DNA of 64,000 nt from Asterias rubens (lineage: Eukaryota): the NCBI RefSeq assembly GCF_902459465.1, contig NC_047069.1:4650001-4714000 (forward strand), given 5' to 3'. Of the stretch, positions 46,301 through 56,890 are shown piece after piece. Position 1 is the first letter of the stretch. Each line of letters opens with the position of its first letter. The notes under the pieces are model-generated. The model was not told where the DNA came from, ran no database searches, and saw only the letters and a list, made by a program, of their open reading frames with translations. Made by a program: the position numbers and the translations under genes.

Positions 46301-48508
46301 AATCATTAGTAGTTAATTTAACGCATTAAGATAAGGCCAAGTAAAATAAATAACATGTTGCTCTTCTGGACTTTTTGAAAAGGTCAGTGAGGGAGGTCCT
46401 TGTTATTTGTTATTATCAAATTGTTTGTTATTTTTTCAAGATGGCAACCATGTCTAAGATGGCCGCAATATCGTATTTGAAGATGGTTTTATGAGTATGT
46501 TCTGTATGTCCTGAAATACTGTGTGTGTTTTTGTGTCTACTTTGATACATTTTTATTCTTTCCAAAGAGTTACTCTTGCTTTTGCTCCAAAGTTATTGCA
46601 TAGAACTGTGGCATGCAAACGTGAAGGGCAAAATGTTTCTAAGTACCAAGTTTCTCATTATGCGTTTTGCTAGCATTTTTTGTAGGCCTACATCTAAGAA
46701 AGATGATGATTTTTTTTTTTTTAATAACAAATAACCAAAAAAATCGGTGCGGCCGCCAAAACCGGTGCGGGCGGGGACGAGCAACATGTTATTTATTTTA
46801 CTTGGCCTGAAATACACTTGGTTAAATATAAAGCAGCTATATATGGCTTTTCACAAAGTTAAAGTACAAAAGTTAACTATGAAAGTACGTAGTAATAAAC
46901 TTCAAAGGTTAAATTCTGTACTGGTAAAATGTCACTTATAGTGAATTTTAACAGAACTGAAAACTGGTTAAAATGTTGAAGTGTTTTCCCTTTTTTAACA
47001 AAATTGTTGGCATCGGATGCATTTCAACATAGGAAATTATATAAACACTACAGAACAAACTTACAAATGTTCCAACTAGAAATTAACTACTGTAAAAACA
47101 ATTTAAAAGGCAGGTTTCTTGATATTCGTGAATTCATTTTTCAATCCCAATGAATGGATTAATTTGGTTTTGTATGATTGCAGACAGAGAATGTTGTCCA
47201 TCTGCAGTTATAAACAAGTTTTAACCTGAGCGATTGTCCATCGAATGCATAGAAAGAAAAAAAACTTTGTTCTTTCTATTGGGTCATGACATTCTTTTTG
47301 AACACACACTGTATATATTTTTTTCTTTAAAGGGTCTGCATAGTTTTTGTAGGTTACAAAACACAATGTCCACAGATTTACACTAAACTTAAAGGCAGTG
47401 GACACTATTGGTAACAAGTAATGGAGAGCTGTTGATGGTATAAAACATTGTGGGAAACGACTGCCTCTGAAGCTTTTTAGAAAGAAGTAATTTTCCACGA
47501 ATTTGATTCGAGACCTCAGACAAAGTTTTTATTTAGCATGAAAACGTATTTTCGTGACATTGTTTTTACTCATTTCTCAAAAACTACAGCACCTCTACTG
47601 CCATTATCTTCAAACTGTGTAAGTTTTAATGTAAATCTGTGGACACTGTGTTAAGTTACAAAAAGAACCCAAACTTGAACAAAATACTACACAATAATTG
47701 GGTTGCTCTCCAAAGGTTGTGGAATCAGAATTTTTTTGAACAATAACGGACCTGAGATTTTAAAAGTTGAATGTATTGTCAATAATAACCTCAACACCCA
47801 CTCTTCTCAATAGCCAGCCAACAGCATGTTCGGTTATACAGATGTACAACTTTAAATATGATTGTAAAATGTTTGTTTAGGACAGTGGATAAAATAACTG
47901 ATCATTGCAACCCCTGTTTTGGGGGTTCAAAACAGGCCTCAAATTAACCCGCAGCAATTACTGAGGTGCCCTGTGCTTTTGCTGTGTTGCCATTTAGTAA
48001 TAGTACATATTTAACTCTCCTCATAGAATGCACCCCCCCCCCCCCCTTGCCAGAGGAAAAATGATGTGCCCTTTCAAACATGAAGTTGAATACCTTAGCA
48101 CAGTTTTCAACAGTATTTCAATCGAAAATGCAATAATACTACAGGTCTGGAATTACACGCACGCTTTGGAGGCCTTGGCCTCCGTTGCCCCTTGTCTTGG
48201 CCTTGGTGCTCCCACCAAAAGTTTCCCATTGACTTTAAGATTTTCCCAGTGATAGATGTGCCCTTTGCAAAACTAAAAAGGGTCATGCCCTTTCAAATTT
48301 GAAATTCCATGGGTCAATTTCACAAAGAGTTAGGTTAGGACTAGTCCTAGGAGCTATTCAAAACTTGAGGCTAGTCCTAAGAAGTTAGGACAAGTAACTT
48401 GTCCTAACTAGAGATATGACCCTTTGTGAAATCCAGCCCCGGCCTAAAAACAAAACAAATAAGAATTGGGAAGGACAACCCAAGTTCTCAGAATCTCCTT
48501 GTGTTGCA

Positions 48509-48748
48509 TTACTTGGTTGCAAAACCCATCACATGGGGGCGTATCAATCGGATTAACTTAGGATGGGCAAGGAACTTCTTATAGAGGACCTTGGAGAAGC
48601 CGGCCTGGTCAACGTTGACCCATGGTGTCTGCATTAACTGGCAGCCATCTCCAAAGTAAAACCATACTGGATGGATCAACCACTGGATGGTGCGCACCCA
48701 TGTCCCTGGTTCGGCGCATACATGTTCCAGAAAGTAGAACTTTCCACC
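48509..48748 (-). CDS. METTL7A: METTL7 coding exon 2
   Basis: cacacag acceptor; GGKFYFLEHV...IRPHVMGFATK*. Confidence 0.92.
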   Translation of the reverse strand, partial: GGKFYFLEHVCAEPGTWVRTIQWLIHPVWFYFGDGCQLMQTPWVNVDQAGFSKVLYKKFLAHPKLIRLIRPHVMGFATK

Positions 48749-50077
48749 CTGTGTGTTAAAAAAGCACAAGTTTACAACTATCAAATAATAAACCACAAGG
48801 GAAACTTACTGGGTACATTTTATAAATGATTTTGGTTTGAACAAAGAAAATCAAGTACATGTACGAAAAGCCATTTTTATTCAATATACAGTGCATTTCA
48901 TCTACTAGTTGAAACTGCTTCATTGTACTGGCGTAAGCTAGAACCCTTGCCCCTCGATTCGGAGATTTAGATAAAAAAGTGCACAATATAATAATAAGTA
49001 ATAAGAATAACCGTATAACGCGCTTTTTGCAAAAGGATACAAAGCGCCAGGTATTTTTACTGCAAGGTGAGTGGGACGATAAATTGGTTTGATACATTTA
49101 CAGTAACTGCCCCCTCCCAACAATTCTGTGTTTGCCTTCGCTTGAATCCCCTCCTCCCCCCCCCCCCCCCCCCCATATATGAAATTGTATAGGTTCGGGA
49201 AGAGGGTTACGTTAACACAACTACAACTGCACTTGTTGTAGAGCTGTAGAGGCACGATTCGTGAGGTAAAAGTAGACCCAGTAAAAACTGGGCTTATTTT
49301 TAAAACATTAATGCAAATGAAAATGCAAATGTCAAAAACAAATTAGAATTAGAATAGTACAGAACCCCATAGGTCTTTCTAGCTAGTGGTGTGACCATTT
49401 AGTACTGATTTTTAACTTTTTTTAATCTTGGCGCATGCAGTCATAATTCATACCGGTTTAAGAACACGTTTTGCCTCTTTTATCACTGCATCAACGTCCT
49501 TGACACTGCAGAGCACAAGGGTGCTGACCACCGCATCCACGCTGCTGTCATCAACATGTCCGCGGAGATCCTCGGCATACGCCACCACCGTGCGTTGCAG
49601 ACGAACCCGTGGGTAGTACTCGGCAGCGTTCTTCCCGAGGTAGCCGGCAAAACTCGGATTCGGTTCAATTCCAACAACCTCAGTTCCTTCGGGATAGTAC
49701 TTAAAATTTGCACCAGCACCAACTCCAATCTCCAGAACTGTTATACCTGGAGTCGTCTGGCCATTTGCAGCAGGTTCCTCTACGGATTCTTTCTCGGATT
49801 CTGTTGACTTTTCAGGACGAAGACTCTCCAAATCTTTGAGCAGCTCTTGTTTGAAACTATCCATCGCCTTGTTGTACACGGTCCGCATACGGTTTAAGAA
49901 GTAGGCCATAATGGGGGGCTGGATATATCTGATGAACACCACATGGATGACCCAAAGCACAACAACAAGAAGCAAAACTCGAGAACTGTAAAAGAATGCC
50001 ACAGACGAGAAGATTCCTTCCGACTCCATGGTTGAAGTTGGCGGAGGTCCGGCGTCGTTTCCAGGTGTAGCGGCCAT
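48509..50077 (-). CDS. METTL7A: METTL7/TMT1-family SAM-dependent thiol methyltransferase, 287 aa; exons 50077-49454 and 48748-48509
   Basis: N-terminal hydrophobic anchor, SAM motif I VLEIGVGAGANF, VDAVVSTLVLCSV, RVLKP|GGKFYFLEHV, GDGCQL. The single intron falls at the position I recall for vertebrate METTL7A/B; A versus B orthology cannot be resolved. Confidence 0.92.
49454..50077 (-). CDS. METTL7A: METTL7 coding exon 1 (208 codons)
   Basis: aaacATGG start; ccg|gtatga donor. Confidence 0.92.
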
Positions 50078-51112
50078 GTTTTTGCTGTCCCAGATTTGGA
50101 TGTGTCAAAGTTTCCCTTTTATTTGTACGGTTGCCAGGACATGACACTCAAATATTAAATATATCTGAACTCAGCAATGTAGAATGATATCCCATAATTA
50201 TTTACATCTTGCACAAAGTAGTTGTGTACGGCTTTTGTTATACCAAAACGTTTGTATGAAATATTTTGCTCTTCATAATGAGGATATGGTCGTGATTATT
50301 ATTATTATTGTCAGGTTTGTAATGTTCTCTCGATGCCTACATAGCGCCCTCTTGAAGATTGAACTTTATTGTTTACATTATCTATAAATAGCAAAGAATT
50401 GGTCAACGCACTTTGCAGTATGGATTTTGCAATAATTACTTTCCATGTATAATAACTTCAGTACGCTAGCTTATTTAAAGTACTAGCAAAAATAAGCTGA
50501 TAAGTATTAATAGTGCACAGCCAAAACAAATCTCACCATTTAAGGAAGACAAAATGTTTTCTCAAACTCTTCTGTGATCTTTTTCAAAAATTATATTGTT
50601 TATTGTTCATAAAAACAGGGAATACATTACAACTAATGTATTATCCTCGTCGTATTTTATCCTTTAGAAAATGCAAAACAAATAATTACATAACTTCATA
50701 AATAACTTTTAAAGAACAAAGTTTAAAAAAATCCAATTTTGACATAAAAGAAACTTTGCCTTCTTTTACACTTTTTGTTGTTGCTGTACCTATGGAATGG
50801 TAAACTATGTATACAATGAAAAGAAGCCCACGCTGCCCTCTGAAAATAAACACTTAATAACAAAAAACTTAAACGCTCACTTGAGCTCTTTGATTACTTA
50901 AAAAAAGGTTTAAAAATATATCAGGGCTTGCTAAACAAAATTCAACATGTTTACTTGCAGAAAAAAAGGGTTTAATTTAAAACCTCAGCTTTTTATTGTA
51001 GATCTTAGCTATTATATTGTGATGGCTGAGACTATACAAAGTAAACAAACCCATGGGCAATCATGTGTCATGGGTGTCATGGCAGAGTGGTTACGAGCGT
51101 TAAATTCAAGTT

Positions 51113-51284
51113 CTTTATTATTGTTATGTCAGACCAGAAAAGACGTTCTCATGCTTTCCCTTGGCGTTCAAATGTCTGAATTTGTTCTTGTGTCCAGCCT
51201 TAGCCTGGAGTTCCTCGTCTTTCTTGAGGAGGTGCGACACATTCCACAACTTAATTTCCTGGTCGTGGGAGCAACTGATCAGGA
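51113..51284 (-). pseudogene. Partial duplicate of the WDR55 terminal exon, frame still open
   Basis: Offset 197 bp from 51310-51481; encodes LISCSHDQEIKLWNVSHLLKKDEELQAKAGHKNKFRHLNAKGKHENVFSGLT*. Confidence 0.85.
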
Positions 51285-51320
51285 AAAGTTTATATTTAAA
51301 ACCTCAGATTTTTATTAATG

Positions 51321-54300
51321 TTATTTCAGACCAGAAAAGAAGTTCTCATGCTTTCCCTTGGCGTTGAAATGTCTGAATTTATTCTTGGGTTCAGCCTTAG
51401 CCTGGGGGTCCACATCTTTCTTGAGGAGGTGCGACACGTTCCAGAATTTAATTTTCTGGTCGTGGGAGCAACTGATGAGGACCTGTTTGTCTGGGGTGAC
51501 CGCGAGAGACTCAATTGGGAAGTCACCGTGGTCTCCAACCACACCAAGGAAACGATTTGGGAGGATGCTGACGGCTCTGAAACAAATACCGAAGAAATGA
51601 AATTAATGCTTTGAGTAATAGTAGGCACTGGACACATTTGGTAATTGTCAAAGACCAGTGTTTGTTCTCACTTGGTGTATCCCAACATGCATAACATAAA
51701 AAATCTGTAAATTATTTGACTCAATCGATCATTAACATTGCAAGAGAATAATGAAAGGAAACAAACCTTGTTGTACAAATCTGTGTGCTTTCAGATGCCT
51801 ATAAAATGAACACAAGTGCCATAACCAGGATTCAAACCCACCAGGACTTGAATTTGACGCTCTTAACCACTCAGCAATGACACCCATGACACATGATTAC
51901 CCATGGGTTTGTTTACATTGTATAGTCTCATCCATCACAATATAATCGCTAAGAACAAGGTCAAAGAGAGTGAAAGTAAACAGTTTGACCCACCTGATCA
52001 TTCCATCCATGCTGCCAGTAAACACAATGCTATCAGTGAGTGCCACACAGCAATCAACAGACTGTGGGTGACCGGGGAAGCGGTCACTCAGATCACCAAA
52101 CTCATTCCAGTTGTAGATGTTGAGGGCGCCGTCACTCGCTCCGCACACAATTTTCTTTCCATCCTGTAAAGCATATCAAATTATAAGAAATAAGGACACT
52201 ACATAATTGGTTGATGGGAGAGAGAGTATATTCGTTCATATCCTCTAGTTTTAAAAAGTGTGTGAAAATTCAATCAAATGTCTTGGGAAAAAAGTTGATG
52301 TTTTGTTAGGGATTGGGCTTGTTTGTGATTAGACAATGGGTTTTTTCTAATGCTGTTTCTTTGACTGCAGAAGAAGTTGGACATGTGTCTTTTGAGAGGA
52401 TTGTCATTGATCTATAAGCTTACAGGTTGAAATAAATTTTGTTCTCACTAATTTCCAATCCTGAGCTTTCTGGATAATATTTCCTGCATTTAACATTGAA
52501 AAGACAATGTAGATGGGGACGCACTGGAAAGGTGTTTTTGTAACCCCCCCCCTCCCCTAAAGAAAAAAAAGCAACAGCTTAAGTTATTGGCTTAATTTAG
52601 AGATGGTCAGTACAACCGTGTTGATAAGGCTCAAATCAGTGATGAATACTCATAACTTAATTAAACATCATGTACCTTTACTAGTGTTATTGTCATCATC
52701 TCGTTCTGAACATTCTCTGATTTCATCACAAACTTCCTTCGTCTGATGTTGAAAGAAGACATTGTACCATCACCACTGAAAAAAAAACATGAACAGAAAA
52801 ACTGTCAAACACAAGTTCTAAACAGCAGATATACTATGCATTTTGTTTTCCTGCAAACCATACAATGTTTAATGTACTGTATAGGATTAGCCAATTGCCT
52901 ATTTGGGTAATTTTACAGTAAGAACAAGTATTGTCGTCTAGTTTTGAATCACAATTTATTGCTTTGTGAAATTCATAATCAAAGATGTTAAGGCAATGTT
53001 TGTATGAGAGAGATTGGCTTATTGCAAGCTTGGTGTTTATATCCCCTTGTGTTCCCATGATGGGAAAATCATCTAAACAAACAAAATGAAACAAACAAAC
53101 AAACAAACAAGCAGACAGACATATGTACCTCGTTGCCACAATGATCCGTCTAGCCTTGTCAATGGCCATTTCACTGATGTAATCTTCATTCTCCTTTACT
53201 TCCATAATAGCATGTTTCTTTCTCAGATCCCACACCTGCAGGTAAAAAACACAGTAGTGTCAATCAAACATCAGTGGAGGCTAGACCAACAGATTATTGC
53301 CAATTTAAAGGGAATCTGTAATGTAAACATGGAACTTAAGTTTTACCCAAAAACTAGAAAGCACAGAAAACTTTGTATGTTTTCCAGTTTTTAATGATGT
53401 TTACAAATAAGAAAAAGACCTGGCAATGTTGACATTCTAAACACTGAGATCGAGTATCGGTATGCACAGTATAAATATTTCTTTTATTGAGAAACAAACT
53501 GCTATGGTTGGCATGGATGGCCAAGTGTTAGCAAAACATTCAATCGTGTTAACAGATGTTTTAACCAAAACTTAAGTTTCATTTTTTGCAGACTAAAATT
53601 AAATCCAAACCCAAAACCATACTAGCTTAGACTCTTCTGGCATCTATCCAAATATTTGTCTTAAGACTGCCATGAGATCTCAAAGACACAAACATTTCTC
53701 TTAAGATCCTTGTAGTTAATTGGTCCTTTTGTGTCAGTGTGATTTAGTCTATTAAATGAAGCCTGTGTTATATACCTATTTGTATTATTTTAGACCATGT
53801 TACTTGGCCATTACGCCTACAAAGGAGACACAGAGCCTGGACTTTCTTACAGGCAAAATCTGTACACAGCTTAAATAAAGTTTGTGGATAATGTAATAAA
53901 AAATTCTAGAAATTTTGACCCTGGTGCCATCTCAAAGGTTGACCTCTGTATAACTCAATCTCAGGCCATGTCCAAATCGGCGGCTATGGCTACAGCTTAA
54001 ACTAAGGACGTCCAATACAACACATGATGACACGGCGATCCAGCAGTTAGCCACAGCCTGCTATTCGGACACAGTCTAATTTTCAAACTCATGTAATGCC
54101 TTACTTTGAATTGACCATCATCATCAGCTGTGGCAATAAGATTCTCATCAGCAACCAGTAAACAGTAGAGGGGGCTATCATGTGCCTTAAGAAACTGCTG
54201 TGTCGTCTGTCCAGTGTTGGCATCAAAAACCCTTAGTGACTTGTCCCTTGAAATTGTGTAGAGTGCTGTAAGAGACAGAAGTAAACAAATACATAAGAGA

Positions 54301-56381
54301 TTTTGTAAAGAAAAAAACTAATATACACTTTGAGACAAGTAATTGTTTTTGTAACATTTAGTCTCACCAAACAGTTATCAATGGTAACTATTTGAAAGAC
54401 AATACATTGAAAAGCAATACAGTTCTCAAGAACAAAATCTACCTGGGAAGTAGACACACAAGTGTTGTTACCACAAACTAGATAGAAAATCAATTGTTAA
54501 CAACAACAACTGTTTAAAAGTTCTTTCACAGCACCTAAACAAACAAAAATTGCTATTGTTATCACCTCATCTTTGTGCAAGGCAACATCTCACTACACTT
54601 TTGACTATGAATCTTCTGAACCATTTTCCTGATGAACATGAGATTTTAGCCAAGAAAAAGTTGCAGTGTTGTTTCTCACCACACGTCCAACCAAATTAGC
54701 TTGTGAAATAAACTATATTTCTTAATATTTCTTCTTTCACTGATCACAGAGAAATGCTACTTACTTTTACCATCATCTGAGAAGGCCACACCCCTACAGG
54801 CTTTCTGATGAGCTGGCAAGGACATAATCTCTTCACTTGGCATTTCTGGTGAAAAAGAATACCTAAGCAAAAAAAGGGAGAAATTAAAACATATACATAT
54901 TTAATACCAGATCTTTTCTGAAGAGGATTGTGTATACTTCCTGTTAATGCATTGCAAGTAAAGTAATACACTATATTGCAAGACAACTGATATCAAGATT
55001 TATTTACATACTTAGAGTCATTAGTTTATTAGAAGCACAACTTCAAATTCAGCAAATAGATAAAATTAAAAAAAATACCAACATCATTCATAATACAAAA
55101 CTTTTGCTAAATGTACTCGAAGGGGGCCTATCATTATCAACAATGTGAACATTAGCATAATGTAAAGGGTCTTACAGTTTAACAGTGCCATCCATCATAG
55201 CTCCAGCCAGGATGTTATCACTTGGATGACAACATAATCTGGATATCATATCATCACACAAAATGGTCTTGGGTTTGGGTGCCTGTTCAAAAAATATATA
55301 AAAATATAAAAACAACAGTTAAAGATGGTTGCTAGCCTCGTCCCCACCAACAGTCCCTGACCAGAGTCAGGGGGGAAATACTATAATCATCACAAATAAT
55401 ATGAATAAAATAAATCAAATGAGCGGCTGCAACTTGGATTGGAAGATGATTCATGATTCCTTTTCCATGCAATTTCCTGGCTTCCTCTTCACAAAAACAA
55501 ACAACACACCACACTCAATTTTTTTTTATTTATTGTTGTTTTGGCGTAAACAAGCTGCCCGCGCAAGCTTTCGCGCAAGCTTGAAGCTTACACGCATAAT
55601 CTTCAGTTCAAGTTTGCACGCTCAGCGAGGCGGAGGCTGAAGTTTGCGCGCGAGGATAGAAGTAAGTGCCAACATTACATACATTGTCATCTTTGTTTGT
55701 TAAAATGTATTTATATTTGTACCCCTGTACTGCGCCTAAGGTGGTGCAATATTTTGCCTTTTAAAGGCAGTGGACACTATTGGTAATTACTCAAAATAAT
55801 TATCATCATAAAACCTTTCTTGATTACGAGTAATGGGCAGAGGTTGATAGGATAACACATTGTGAGAAGTGGCTCCCTCTGAAGTGGAGTAGTTTTCGAG
55901 AAAGAAGTAATTTTCCACTAATTTGATTTCGAGACCTCAAGTTTAGAATTTGAGGTCTCGAAATCAAGCATCTGAAAGCACACAACTTCGTGTGACAAGG
56001 GTGTTTTTTCTTTCATAGTTATCTCGCAACTTCAACGACCAATCAAGCTCAAATTTTTACAGGTTTGTTATTTTATGCATATGTTGAGATACAGCAAGTG
56101 AGAAGACTGGTCTTTGACAATTACCAATAGTGTCCAGTGTCTTTAAAGTTTAATATTTTATAAAAATGAATTGAATTTGAATGATTATGAATGAAAATTC
56201 TCACCTCCGATTCGTCATCGTCTTCTTCTTCATCTTCACTATTCCCCTCTTCCTCACTTTCACTTTCCGATTCTGCTTCTTCTTCTTCAGAATTATTGCT
56301 GGCTTCATCTGAATCAGAGACAGAATCATCTTTAGCACAGTCCTCAAGGTTGCTCACGTTTTCCGACATGGTGGCCGCCAT
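51321..56381 (-). CDS. WDR55: WD repeat-containing protein 55, 391 aa; exons 56381-56205, 55282-55176, 54862-54765, 54265-54105, 53235-53129, 52775-52676, 52163-51994, 51576-51321
   Basis: WD40 blades with WDR55-type motifs HQKACRGVAFSDDGK, ATADDDGQFKVWDLRK, EDYISEM, TSGDGTMSSFNIRRRK, FGDLSDRFPGH, LISCSHDQKIKFW and a C-terminal FFSGL; acidic N-terminus. All 8 exons are in phase (1176 nt). The second ATG (56369) has a gccaccATG context. Confidence 0.93.
55761..56146 (+). mobile_element. Full-length ~378-bp TTAA-flanked MITE (Kolobok-like) in WDR55 intron 1
   Basis: ttaa|aggcagtggacactattggtaatt...aattaccaatagtgtccagtgtct|ttaa; AG..CT termini with TTAA TSD; about 11 related copies in the window. 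Confidence 0.85.
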
Positions 56382-56890
56382 CTTTACAATTTCACCCAAT
56401 TACAAATAATAACCCGAATACGAATAATAACTTCCCCCAAAAGGGGGCGCTGTTTTGGGGACCGTTAATTAAACTAAACAATTTCTACCAAAGAGAGCGC
56501 TATTTTGGGGGACCGTTAAATAAAGAAAGAAAAGGGCCGGCGATTTCTTCCCTAAAAACATAGACTTGTGGACAAGTCGTTAAATCGGCCCCACGCGCTG
56601 AGATAGTGCTCCCCCGACAACGCTGCTCTCGCGCGAACTCACTGCTCTCGCGCGAACTGATGGCTCCCCGATTTCGACTCCTCATAATGAGGAGTCGAAA
56701 TCGGGGAGCCATCAGTTCGCGCGAGAGCAGTGAGTTCGCGCGAGAGCAGCGTTGTCGGGGGAGCACTATCTCAGCGCGTGGGGCCGATTTAACGACTTGT
56801 CCACAAGTCTACTAAAAACACGGCACACTGCACTGCCGGTCAGACTCGACGTGACACTGAAGTGCCAACCTACTTCACCGGGACCGTAAG
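56382..56890. promoter_or_regulatory. WDR55 promoter region, possibly bidirectional
   Basis: CpG-rich region just upstream of the WDR55 ATG; duplicated motif at 56438-56473 and 56488-56524; plus-strand donor-like ggacc|gtaag at 56885. Confidence 0.55.
56561..56811. mobile_element. Perfectly palindromic non-autonomous DNA transposon (foldback MITE), AcademH-like or MULE-like
   Basis: 125-bp arms that are exact reverse complements around one central A (56686); TAGAC...GTCTA termini; exact 9-bp direct repeat ctaaaaaca at 56552-56560 and 56812-56820. Confidence 0.9.

Noticed and set aside
56500-56815. Identical 'proteins' on both strands (MLPRQRCSR...)
   Set aside because: Artefact of the perfect DNA palindrome, not coding
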